The notes beneath the pieces are model-generated. The model saw only the letters and a program-made list of their open reading frames with translations. It did not search any database and had not been told where the DNA came from. The position numbers and the translations under genes are program-made. Of a DNA stretch of 64,000 nucleotides, positions 26,884 through 35,840 are shown one piece after another (within the stretch, counting starts at the first letter, position 1; every line of letters starts with the position of its first letter). Where the stretch lies: positions 1 to 64,000 of the IMG/VR virus record IMGVR_UViG_3300045988_166613; one strand, written 5' to 3'. The stretch comes from a virus.

Positions 26884-28890
26884 TTATTTATTTTCTAATT
26901 TTTTAAGTTTCTCATCAATATTATATTTAATACGTTCTTCCGGTGTTAAATCTTCTACATATTTAAAAGTAAAACCTTTATGGTGTTTTTGTTTACCATT
27001 GCAAACATTAGATATACAAGCTGGTTGCAAAAATACATTAAATATTCTCTTACTATCTCGGCTTAAAGCATTACATCCTTCAAAAATTTGTCCGTTCTCT
27101 ATTGATAGTATTTTTTTCATTTTTGCTTTGCTACTTTTATCCTTTCCTATTTTTTTACTAATAGAAATATCGTAGTTACACCAACCAAGCCTTGTTCCTT
27201 GTTTTAAATACTTCACAATTGTATTTCTATTAATTTTTGTAATATTTTTTATTTCAAGAACATCTTTGGTTCGTGTATTATACATATAACAAATTTCTCT
27301 CGCTATATTTTTTATAGAACCTTTGTGACATGTTGTCCAATTTACATTACTTAAATCAAATAATTCAGCTAATTCTGAGTTTAATATACTGTTCTGAATC
27401 CATTCTAAATTTGATTCTCTGCAATCAAGCTCTATATAATGCTTTATATCATTTTTTAATGCTACTTCTTTTTTATACTTATCGTTAGCTTGTTCTTGTT
27501 TTAAATCTCTTCCTCCCGTAGACGAAAAATTAGATATATCTGAATAATGTTGTTTACCATTAACTTCTATTATCATATTAAACTTAGGGATATAAAAATC
27601 GTATCTTTTTGGTTTTATCCAACTTGGGGAATATTCTTTTTTGTATTTAATATTTAATTGTAATAATAGATTTATTATAAATTTCTCTGGATATGATAAA
27701 CCATCAGAGCAATATTTACAAACAAATCCTCTTCTTGTTAGATCACATATTTTTCTTTTTCTAATTTTATTGCAATCTGGGCATATTGTTTCTACCCTCT
27801 TGTTACTTCCCTGAGAATGCTTATAAGCATCTTCTTTATTAACAAAATACTTAACTAAATATGGATGTGTTGTTGCTATATCGTTTATACCAACTCTAAC
27901 TCTTTTACCAAAACAAATTGGACAATTACCATTTCTTAATATAACAGATGGCGTAGTTTCAAATTCGCAAAAATTACAATTTGAACTATTATGTCTTAAT
28001 AGAATTTTTTTATCAGCTCCTTCATATTTACTAAGTACATTAAATTCATTCGGATATAAAGTTTGTAATTCTGTTTCAAAAGTTTCTTGTTTTTTTATAA
28101 ATTTATTTTTAAGGAATAATTTGTTACAATGAGGACAAGAAGCTTTCTTTAATATTGTTGAAACTCCTATATAAAAAGATTTGCCACACTTATTATGTCT
28201 AATTAGCACCTTAGTTTTAGCATTAATATATTCCCCTAAAATTTCATATTCATTACCATATTTCTCTTTAATTTCATTAACAAATTCTTCGTGTGTTTTT
28301 TGTTGGTTGCCTGCACATAATGGACACCCAGCACCATGTAAAAGTGAAGCAGGTTTAACACTCCATTCATAGCCACATTTATTATGCCTTAGTTTAATTT
28401 TAATATCACCTTTTATATATGGTTCTAATGGTGTATATTCTTCACTATATTTTTCTTTTAATTCTCTTAAAAATTGCTCATTATTTTTAGTTATAGAATT
28501 AATGGCTTTTATTTTGTTACAAGATGGACATCCCCTTTTTATAAGTTGATTATAATATATATAAAATTCATTATTACATTTTTTATGTTTTATTTTTATT
28601 TTGCTTTTGCAACTTTCATATTCACTCAAAACAATATATTCATTTCCATATTTATCATAAAGTTCTTTTTTAATGTCTTTAGTCGTCTTTTTAATGTTCC
28701 CTGCACACTTCGGACACCCATTGTTTAACAAGCTATATGGAATCACACTCCATTCATATCCACAATCATTATGTTTAACTAGTATTTTAGTTTTATTGTT
28801 AATATATTTTTCTAACGGTATATAAACTCCATCCCCATGTACTTCGTTTAATTGTTTAATAAATTCCTCATGTGTCTTCTTTTTACCCAT
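26884..28890 (-). CDS. Zn-ribbon-repeat nuclease with PD-(D/E)XK/Vsr-like core and C-terminal DNA-binding module (homing-endonuclease-like)
   Basis: At least five repeats of the type C.YEW...P..LL.G.GCP.C, then RYDFYIPKFNMIIEVNGKQHY, then IENGQIFEG..ALSRD... Start ATG 28890 (MGKKKTHEEF) matches the paralogue at 62980. Confidence 0.65.
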   Translation of the reverse strand: MGKKKTHEEFIKQLNEVHGDGVYIPLEKYINNKTKILVKHNDCGYEWSVIPYSLLNNGCPKCAGNIKKTTKDIKKELYDKYGNEYIVLSEYESCKSKIKIKHKKCNNEFYIYYNQLIKRGCPSCNKIKAINSITKNNEQFLRELKEKYSEEYTPLEPYIKGDIKIKLRHNKCGYEWSVKPASLLHGAGCPLCAGNQQKTHEEFVNEIKEKYGNEYEILGEYINAKTKVLIRHNKCGKSFYIGVSTILKKASCPHCNKLFLKNKFIKKQETFETELQTLYPNEFNVLSKYEGADKKILLRHNSSNCNFCEFETTPSVILRNGNCPICFGKRVRVGINDIATTHPYLVKYFVNKEDAYKHSQGSNKRVETICPDCNKIRKRKICDLTRRGFVCKYCSDGLSYPEKFIINLLLQLNIKYKKEYSPSWIKPKRYDFYIPKFNMIIEVNGKQHYSDISNFSSTGGRDLKQEQANDKYKKEVALKNDIKHYIELDCRESNLEWIQNSILNSELAELFDLSNVNWTTCHKGSIKNIAREICYMYNTRTKDVLEIKNITKINRNTIVKYLKQGTRLGWCNYDISISKKIGKDKSSKAKMKKILSIENGQIFEGCNALSRDSKRIFNVFLQPACISNVCNGKQKHHKGFTFKYVEDLTPEERIKYNIDEKLKKLENK

Positions 28891-29186
28891 TACATTCTCA
28901 CCATCCACTCATTTATAAGCTCATCCTCAAACTCATCTCTAACCTTATGTCTTATCATAATTCCATCATTAACTTTTGCTATTGTTATGTATTCTTTCTC
29001 CGCTTCAGCATCTTCCATAATCCCTGACAGTAAACATCTAAAATCATATCCATTCATATGTTGTTTCAGATAAACTGATTCATTATCATAAACAAATCTC
29101 TCTAGGTTAAGTTCTTTATTTTTAGTCTTACTGAAAAATTCCTCTGGATCTATAAATATTTCATCGTAAATTTTAAAATTAATCAT
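28890..29186 (-). CDS. hypothetical protein
   Basis: 98 aa with GAGGTGA RBS. Its stop overlaps the next start (TAATG). Confidence 0.55.
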   Translation of the reverse strand: MINFKIYDEIFIDPEEFFSKTKNKELNLERFVYDNESVYLKQHMNGYDFRCLLSGIMEDAEAEKEYITIAKVNDGIMIRHKVRDEFEDELINEWMVRM

Positions 29187-29348
29187 ATGTACTCACCTCA
29201 TATTATGTATTTTTTTTATTTTAATTTGTTTCTATGGTTTAATTATAAATCCGATTTTCGTATAAGTCAATACGTTTTTCGGATTAAAATTCAAAAAAAC
29301 GTATATTTTTTTATTAAAATAAGCTATAATACAATTGAGGTGATATTA

Positions 29349-29591
29349 ATGAGAATGAAATTGCATATGTTATTAGCTGAACATAGAATGACTCAAAAGG
29401 AATTATCTAAAGCAACAGGAATTCGTCAAGCTACAATAAGTGCTTATGCTAGTAACAACTATAAACATATAGTTAGAGAACATATTGATATTTTATGCGA
29501 CTATTTTAATTGCGATTTAACTGATTTAATAGAGTTAGATAGGTCAGAAAGAAAACCAGTATTTCATAATAAGAAAGAAATTAATAAATAA
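29349..29591 (+). CDS. XRE/Cro-CI-family HTH transcriptional regulator
   Basis: MTQKELSKATGIRQATISAY HTH segment. ATG 29349 after GAGGTGA. Paralogue of 62594-62806. Confidence 0.75.
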   Translation: MRMKLHMLLAEHRMTQKELSKATGIRQATISAYASNNYKHIVREHIDILCDYFNCDLTDLIELDRSERKPVFHNKKEINK

Positions 29592-29598
29592 TTACATT

Positions 29599-29625
29599 AA
29601 AAAAGAAGCTAGTAAATAGCTTCTT
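29599..29625. terminator. bidirectional terminator hairpin between convergent genes
   Basis: GAAGCTA-GTAAA-TAGCTTC, with an A-run on one side and TT on the other. Confidence 0.5.
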
Positions 29626-29638
29626 AATACATATATTA

Positions 29639-30205
29639 TTATTCAGTTACAACATTTTTTACTATATTTATGTTTTTATACTCTTTCATTAATCTATGAA
29701 GTTCTTGAACAATTTTTTCGTTTTCACCAATACCTCTTTCAAACACAATATTGACCACTTCTCCTTCATAAATGGCTCTTATATAGACATATTCTTTATT
29801 TAATTCTTTTTCTTTTCCTTTCATACCAAGACCGAAAACTCCAAAACAAGCTACTTTCATTAAAGAAGCTTTCTCTATTAATTGAGACTCTGTCTGAATT
29901 CTATAATCTTTTATATCTTTAAATAATATCTCTTTTTCTACTTTATAATCTATTTTAAATATAATCCTATCTTTAAATAACATTAATTTAACATCTTCTT
30001 TTATTCCATATTCTCTAAATCCAGAATATAGTTTAATCCAATAACTATTCACTAAGTTTAAACCTTGTTTTTTATAATTTTCTTTTTCCTCTTTTTTTCT
30101 TTTAGCAATATCTTTATCTGTACTTTTACTTATCAAAAAACACATAATCAATATGATACCAATAACTATAGCAAAATCTATTAAAGTTTCCATAATCAAT
30201 TCCAT
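29639..30205 (-). CDS. membrane-anchored protein (N-terminal TM helix), possible exclusion protein
   Basis: The N-terminus LIDFAIVIGIILIMCFLI is hydrophobic and is followed by a soluble domain. Confidence 0.5.
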   Translation of the reverse strand: MELIMETLIDFAIVIGIILIMCFLISKSTDKDIAKRKKEEKENYKKQGLNLVNSYWIKLYSGFREYGIKEDVKLMLFKDRIIFKIDYKVEKEILFKDIKDYRIQTESQLIEKASLMKVACFGVFGLGMKGKEKELNKEYVYIRAIYEGEVVNIVFERGIGENEKIVQELHRLMKEYKNINIVKNVVTE

Positions 30206-30229
30206 CTCCTTATCTTATTTATTAAGATA

Positions 30230-30258
30230 ATTATACCACTTTTACACAATGTTAACAA
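30230..30258 (-). promoter_or_regulatory. sigma-A-type promoter TTGTTA-N17-TATAAT with TGG extension
   Basis: Minus sense: TTGTTAACATTGTGTAAAAGTGGTATAAT. Confidence 0.55.
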
Positions 30259-30269
30259 TTAATTCTAAA

Positions 30270-30304
30270 TAAAAAAGAACCTAGTTTATTAATTACTAAG
30301 TTCT
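30270..30304 (-). terminator. rho-independent terminator overlapping the GNAT gene stop
   Basis: Minus sense: GAACTTAG...CTAGGTTC followed by TTTTTT. Confidence 0.6.
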
Positions 30305-30846
30305 TTTTTATATAAGTCTTCACATTCATTTAAAGTGACATATAATGCTTTACATCCTTCTTGAGAATTCTCCTCTTTCAAGAAACTATATCCTTTTGGA
30401 TATTCATGAAATTTTAATCCAGCCTTATTTTTCTTCATATAAAAGTCTACGGAGTCTGGAACTGAAAACAAATGGATATATTTCACACCAACATGTTCTT
30501 CCTTTAAATGAATTGCAACTTTAACAGCCATCGCTAACATTTTTGATCCCAAACCAAGTTTTTCATAATTAATATCTACACCTAATCTTGCTATTTCTAA
30601 TGCTGGCAAAACTTTATGTAAATTATCATCTTTAACTTGGATTCCATTACATTTCAAAGTGTAATATGCAACTATTTTATTGTCTTTTTCATCTATTAAT
30701 ATATAAGTATTTCCTTCACCAGAACAATCATAATTATGAGCATCATTCTTCAAAAAATTTTCTATACTCTCATCTGAGCACTCAAAATCTCCTACTAATC
30801 TTAAATGCTCTAATGATTGATTTAGCTTAGTTAAAACTAATTCCAT
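30289..30846 (-). CDS. GNAT-family N-acetyltransferase (TacT/AtaT-like toxin candidate)
   Basis: VAYYTLKCNGI...LPALEIARLGVDINYEKLGLGSKMLAMAV matches the GNAT acetyl-CoA motif and the layout of GNAT toxins. Confidence 0.65.
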   Translation of the reverse strand: MELVLTKLNQSLEHLRLVGDFECSDESIENFLKNDAHNYDCSGEGNTYILIDEKDNKIVAYYTLKCNGIQVKDDNLHKVLPALEIARLGVDINYEKLGLGSKMLAMAVKVAIHLKEEHVGVKYIHLFSVPDSVDFYMKKNKAGLKFHEYPKGYSFLKEENSQEGCKALYVTLNECEDLYKKELSN

Positions 30847-30847
30847 A

Positions 30848-31087
30848 TTACTTTATTTTTATATCCTTTACTAAATCCAAGCATTTTTTAATAGTATCTT
30901 TACTTATTTTTGCTTTTTCTGATTCTTTTAAAAATTCTTTTGCCACTCTTCCTTCCAATGTTTGTAATATTCCCATTGATACTCCCATACTTACTTCCTC
31001 CTTGTCACCACTACACTTACTTCCTTTTTTTTCATTACATTTAATCTTTGCTTTACCATTCCATTTCTTTATAATCATAACCATCAC
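30848..31087 (-). CDS. small protein upstream of the GNAT gene (antitoxin candidate); start uncertain
   Basis: Its stop is 1 nt before the GNAT ATG. An internal ATG at 30988 has a strong AAGGAGG RBS and would give a 46-aa product. Confidence 0.45.
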   Translation of the reverse strand: MMVMIIKKWNGKAKIKCNEKKGSKCSGDKEEVSMGVSMGILQTLEGRVAKEFLKESEKAKISKDTIKKCLDLVKDIKIK

Positions 31088-31156
31088 CCTATTACCATAT
31101 ATTTACTTTTATGATAACATGTAAAGCTTGTCCATTTAAAGAAATTTCATAGGTCA

Positions 31157-31196
31157 AATTTTGTTAATATCTTCTTCATTTAACAAAATTATAACA
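31157..31196 (-). promoter_or_regulatory. extended -10 (TGTTATAAT) overlapping an 11-bp perfect inverted repeat (operator candidate)
   Basis: AATTTTGTTAA (31157-31167) and TTAACAAAATT (31180-31190). The -10 element lies at 31188-31196 in minus sense. Confidence 0.45.
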
Positions 31197-31282
31197 TATA
31201 ATTATGAATAATTTATTAACAATTGTATTTTTTCAAAAAAATATGTCGCAAAAAAATGTTTAAGTGCATATAATATTATGGC

Positions 31283-31732
31283 TTAATCTATATCGTAACC
31301 CATATTTTTTAATTTTCTTTTATACATATCTTCTAATATTCCACTTTCCAATTCTTCTTTAGTAAATTCAAACACTGGTCTTGCATTAGGTTGTCTATTC
31401 CATGTATAATCTTCACCATATTCAATTATTTCATCTAGTCTTTCACCTTTAGCATCTGCATATGGCTCATTTTCATTACCTTTTGCTATATTTTCAACAG
31501 TAATTACTCCGCTTCCAACAGGGGTAACAACTATATTTCTTCTATCTCCAAAACCACCATTTTCTCCTCTTCTGTCATAATAATGAGGTTGAAATTCTCC
31601 TTCGTAAACCATTTCTTTGATATTCTTATGTAACAAATCTCCTACATCTTCACCAACAGACAAAGAAATTTCTTCTAAATCACCATTAAACTTATCAATA
31701 AATTCTTCTATATTTTCTATATCAATATCCAT
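31283..31732 (-). CDS. hypothetical structural-module protein
   Basis: 149-aa acidic ORF, the last gene of the conserved block before the accessory island. Confidence 0.5.
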   Translation of the reverse strand: MDIDIENIEEFIDKFNGDLEEISLSVGEDVGDLLHKNIKEMVYEGEFQPHYYDRRGENGGFGDRRNIVVTPVGSGVITVENIAKGNENEPYADAKGERLDEIIEYGEDYTWNRQPNARPVFEFTKEELESGILEDMYKRKLKNMGYDID

Positions 31733-31736
31733 AATA

Positions 31737-32336
31737 TTATTGATCCTTTTCTTGTTGTAATTTTTCTTTTCTTCTTATTTCTCTATTTAATTTCCATTTA
31801 GTTTTAAATATAGCCCATCTACTAACCCTATTTAGTTCATCTAGTTCAGGATGTGGCTTTATATTTCTTATTCTCTTTAATTCTGATTTAACCCATTTTT
31901 CTTGTTTTGTTTGTTCTTGTACTAAAGATAAATAATCACTAAGTTTTTGTTGAACTAATAATAATGCCATATTCATCTCTAATTCTTCTAATTTAGACTT
32001 TTGATTCAATAATCCAGTTTTCATTATGCTTGTATATAAAGTAGTCATACATCTATTTATGTCTTCAGCTACTTCTGTTAAGAAATCAGAATTAATAAAT
32101 ATTAAGAAATTTTCAAAAGACATTTCTTTAAAATTCATTTCTCCTTCACATACTATTAATTCTCTATACATATCGTAAAGTAATTCTTCATTATTTAATT
32201 CACCATCATTAGCTTCTTTCATTTCTTCCATTTTCTTATACCATTCTAACTTTTCATTCTCGGTTAGATTCTTTATTTTGATTTTAAATTCTTCATTCTT
32301 ATATAAATATTCACTTGCAATTAAATTTTCTAACAC
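31737..32336 (-). CDS. tail assembly chaperone-like protein (assigned by position only)
   Basis: 199 aa. GTG start after GGAGAGGA. Immediately downstream of the tail tube gene. Confidence 0.4.
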   Translation of the reverse strand: MLENLIASEYLYKNEEFKIKIKNLTENEKLEWYKKMEEMKEANDGELNNEELLYDMYRELIVCEGEMNFKEMSFENFLIFINSDFLTEVAEDINRCMTTLYTSIMKTGLLNQKSKLEELEMNMALLLVQQKLSDYLSLVQEQTKQEKWVKSELKRIRNIKPHPELDELNRVSRWAIFKTKWKLNREIRRKEKLQQEKDQ

Positions 32337-32444
32337 TTACAATCCTCTCCTCTATTTTTAATTTAAATAAAATCCTTCTTTTAACTTATTTTTCTTATTA
32401 CAATAATCATCATTTAAGAGTATTTCTTATAAGAATAATTACTC

Positions 32445-32472
32445 TAATAAGAAAGGAGGATATTTCACCTCC
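32445..32472 (-). terminator. hairpin/attenuator after the major tail gene
   Basis: Minus sense: GGAGG-TGAAATAT-CCTCC followed by TTTCTT. Confidence 0.45.
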
Positions 32473-32483
32473 AATTATATTTT

Positions 32484-33299
32484 TTATTTTGCAAATCCCA
32501 TAGCTTGTAATTGAGATTTACCAAAAGTTTCTAAAGGTAATAGCATGATTCTACCCATTGTATCTGAGTTTTCAGGTTTTAATATTTCTATCTTAGAAGA
32601 AACCTTGCCACCATCAGATTTAGATTTTAAATCATCTTTCATAGAACCTTCTAGTCTTCCACTTGGGAATCTATATTGTCTTATATATGTAGTTTTGAAT
32701 GTTCCATTTGCTTGTCTTAAAACAACTGGATTTGATATGATAACTTCAAATGTCTTAGCGAATTTACTAGCATCAATATCAAAGTATAATGCATCTGTAA
32801 CAGTTATATCGTAACCATTTACATAAACATCACCATCTGTTACAGTTGTTGTAATAGTTACACCCTTACCTTCTATTGCTATATTCTCAGCAGGTATTAA
32901 CTCACCTGTTTTCATATCAAACATTTGTGGTTTAACACCTTTAGCTGGTTCTTGTAATAAATCAAATTTACCACCTTTTGCAGTATATTTAAGTGCTTCT
33001 TGAAAGGCTTTAACTTCTCCCTTTTGTAGCATTTGTCCGAATTTAGCTGCTGTAAAATCTAATTTAGCAGTAGCATCTTCTAATGAAATTTCAATTTGTC
33101 TATTTTCACCCCATGAGTATATTGTCGGATTACCTATACCACCTTGTAGTTTTTTATTATCTTCTTTTATATCTATACCTATGTCTTGTAAAGTTTTGGA
33201 ATATAATTGAATTCCTGTTTCATGGTCTATAAGAGTGATATTTCCAGTAGTTGTAGAAATTAACCCTTGTAATAAATCTTTTTGAGTTGCATTTGCCAT
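32484..33299 (-). CDS. major tail (tube) protein
   Basis: 271 aa with a strong AAAAGGAGG RBS, followed by a terminator-like hairpin. Position between the connector genes and the chaperone-like gene. Confidence 0.6.
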   Translation of the reverse strand: MANATQKDLLQGLISTTTGNITLIDHETGIQLYSKTLQDIGIDIKEDNKKLQGGIGNPTIYSWGENRQIEISLEDATAKLDFTAAKFGQMLQKGEVKAFQEALKYTAKGGKFDLLQEPAKGVKPQMFDMKTGELIPAENIAIEGKGVTITTTVTDGDVYVNGYDITVTDALYFDIDASKFAKTFEVIISNPVVLRQANGTFKTTYIRQYRFPSGRLEGSMKDDLKSKSDGGKVSSKIEILKPENSDTMGRIMLLPLETFGKSQLQAMGFAK

Positions 33300-33342
33300 T
33301 AATAAATTCCTCCTTTTGTTCTTTTGTTTAATTTATTTTTAA

Positions 33343-34167
33343 TTATAGTTTATCCCCTTTGTCATAAACTTCGGAGTTAAACTCAATCATCGTACTTTCT
33401 GGATGTTTATAAAGATTTATAATTTCATCCCTTTTTGGTATTTTAAAACCTTCATTAGCAAAACCACTTGATTGTATTTGTTTACCTAAGTCGTGATTAT
33501 CTATAACGCTTAATCTTGTATAGTCAGCAATAATCATGTAATAAGTAAAATTTTTCAATTCATATTGTGGTATTTTCTTTTCATTAGATACAACTTGACA
33601 TATTGTTTCTAAATCAAATTGAGAACCATCTTCTTGTGATTTATTTTCTCTTAAACTCATTAAGATACTTTGCAGAATTGGATCTTCATAATATAGAGAC
33701 GTAAATAATAAATTCTGTCTCATTACAACATTTTTAAAATCATCGAAATTACTTTCATTTATTTCTCTATCTAATAAAACATTTTCATCTTGTATTTTGA
33801 ATTTCACATTTTCTTCATCATAAATAACATTTTTATGTAAAACCATTTTTAATACTTTGATAAAATCATCAATATTAAGTTTATATTCGGCTTCTTTCAA
33901 TCTTTGATATTGTTCCAAATCATCAGGATTCATTAATGCTAAATAATCATCATTATTAGCTATTTCATATGCTTTAATTTGACTTAAAATTAACATTAAC
34001 GTACTCATATCAAGTTTTTCTTTTAATTCTATTTCTAATGCTCTTTTATCTATAGCTATATACCTTTGAGCTAATTCTTGAAACTCTTGATATTCTGTTA
34101 TTTTAATAGGATATATTTCTCCAATACCTTCTATATAATCAGCTTGTCCAAAATAATCTTTAAGCAT
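33343..34167 (-). CDS. hypothetical head-tail/tail-completion module protein
   Basis: 274-aa ORF that overlaps the upstream gene by 8 nt. Confidence 0.5.
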   Translation of the reverse strand: MLKDYFGQADYIEGIGEIYPIKITEYQEFQELAQRYIAIDKRALEIELKEKLDMSTLMLILSQIKAYEIANNDDYLALMNPDDLEQYQRLKEAEYKLNIDDFIKVLKMVLHKNVIYDEENVKFKIQDENVLLDREINESNFDDFKNVVMRQNLLFTSLYYEDPILQSILMSLRENKSQEDGSQFDLETICQVVSNEKKIPQYELKNFTYYMIIADYTRLSVIDNHDLGKQIQSSGFANEGFKIPKRDEIINLYKHPESTMIEFNSEVYDKGDKL

Positions 34168-34828
34168 TGTTAACCAACTCCCTATTAGTTATTGGTTTAG
34201 CTACAATTTTAACCACTCTAGCCATAGTTCCATTAGTTCCTACTTTTCTTTCCTCAATAGCTCTGACATTTAATTGAACATCTCCTATATCTTCAGCAGT
34301 TTCACTATTTTCTGGATACATATCATCAAACATTTTACATATTCTGTCTACTATCATCAAACTTCTTTCATCTCCATATGGATCTAAAACATTATACGTA
34401 GGGCTATAGGTTATAACTATATCGAAGGTATATTCCCCTGTATTGTAAACATTACTAAAAGCAGCATAACTATTTGATACAAATATAAATAACTGTTCTT
34501 TCACCATTAAATTACTATCAAAAGCATATGGAATAAGAATTTTCCCTCTAGTCTCGACACCTGTATATTCTGTATAATTACCCTCTTTATCCCTATGTTC
34601 ACTTAAAGGTTCTAATAAACCACAATCCAAATCAGGTTGTTCAACAACTTTGTCTTTATAATCAATTCCCATTTCTAACAAAGGTGTTTTAGTCAAATAT
34701 CTGCAATATCTTACTATATCTTGATTTTTATTAATTCTATCTACTAAATATCTTTTTATATTCATACTCATAATAGCTTTATTAGAAAAAGGAATATCTT
34801 TATTATATTGTTCTGCATAATAACTCAC
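34160..34828 (-). CDS. hypothetical head-tail joining module protein
   Basis: 222-aa ORF with a GTG start after GGGAGGAAG. Confidence 0.5.
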   Translation of the reverse strand: MSYYAEQYNKDIPFSNKAIMSMNIKRYLVDRINKNQDIVRYCRYLTKTPLLEMGIDYKDKVVEQPDLDCGLLEPLSEHRDKEGNYTEYTGVETRGKILIPYAFDSNLMVKEQLFIFVSNSYAAFSNVYNTGEYTFDIVITYSPTYNVLDPYGDERSLMIVDRICKMFDDMYPENSETAEDIGDVQLNVRAIEERKVGTNGTMARVVKIVAKPITNRELVNNA

Positions 34829-34847
34829 TAAAACATCTTCCTCCCTT

Positions 34848-35840
34848 CTAATAAATTAGAATTCCTTTTTTGATTACTTCTTTATCATTCAATATTAATA
34901 AAACCTTAATTACCTCTGGTTTTTTAACAACATTAGCCGTTATTTTATATAAACCCTCTTTCATTTTTTCTAATTTAACACTTGTACCAATTACTTTTAA
35001 TTCTGCATTACTGGGTTCTACTTTTATCTCTAAACTTTCTCCACCATGTAATTTAGTTACTTTTAAATCCATATGAGGTTCTATTGTTTGAGAATTTTCA
35101 ACGACTTCTTCTTTATTTGTTTCTTCTTTTTCTAAATTATTTAACACACTATTTTCTTCATTCCAAGCAACACCATTTATAAAATCATCTTTTCCTGGCA
35201 TTAATGCGGTTTTTGTTAGTTCTAAAACATATTGATTATCCAATACTATAAAATCTTTTGATGTTATGTTATAGCATACCCATTCGTTCTTAACATCCAT
35301 ATCAGTAATAAATTCACTATTACTTCCAAATAAAAATCTTTGTCCTTCAAAATATTTTAACGTTACATTATTTGCTTGAACTTTTATTTTTAATTTTTTA
35401 TCAGATTCTTTATAATAATAAATATCTTTTAACCCCTTAACCCCATAAGTAGTATTATCTGCATAGCAAGGCATATCTGGTAAACCTTTAACCTTTAAAA
35501 CAACATTACATATATAAGCCTCTGCTTTTTTATATATATCACTCATATTTGTTTCGCTTATTAAAAATGTTCCTTTTTTGGTAGTAATATACATTCCATT
35601 AATAACTCTATCGGAATCGCTAGGTTTAAATAAGAAATATTTCTTAAACAAATCTGCATCATCTTCGGAATATCTGCAATCTATAGTGTTATTTTTATCA
35701 AAATTTATATATGCTTTTCTATATGTAGCATCATTTTGAAAATCTCTTTCTATGCTATCCTTCATATTAATAACCCTATTTTCAGATGTAGAAGTTCCTA
35801 CAAATTCACATCTTGCTTTGTATAAATCAAAATAATCCAT
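34848..35840 (-). CDS. hypothetical structural protein
   Basis: 330-aa ORF. Its start abuts the upstream stop. Confidence 0.5.
   Translation of the reverse strand: MDYFDLYKARCEFVGTSTSENRVINMKDSIERDFQNDATYRKAYINFDKNNTIDCRYSEDDADLFKKYFLFKPSDSDRVINGMYITTKKGTFLISETNMSDIYKKAEAYICNVVLKVKGLPDMPCYADNTTYGVKGLKDIYYYKESDKKLKIKVQANNVTLKYFEGQRFLFGSNSEFITDMDVKNEWVCYNITSKDFIVLDNQYVLELTKTALMPGKDDFINGVAWNEENSVLNNLEKEETNKEEVVENSQTIEPHMDLKVTKLHGGESLEIKVEPSNAELKVIGTSVKLEKMKEGLYKITANVVKKPEVIKVLLILNDKEVIKKGILIY

Noticed and set aside
29187-29348. N-terminal 54-codon extension of the XRE ORF (29187-29591 in the ORF track).
   Set aside because: The extension is a low-complexity translation of the divergent promoter region. 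A GAGGTGA RBS precedes ATG 29349, and the paralogue at 62594-62806 aligns from that Met.
31283-32336. Programmed -1 frameshift (G/GT-type) between the chaperone-like ORF and the following ORF.
   Set aside because: I saw no slippery heptamer near the end of 31737-32336. The ORFs are separated by a stop plus a 4-nt gap, and the downstream ORF has its own ATG. This does not exclude a frameshift elsewhere.
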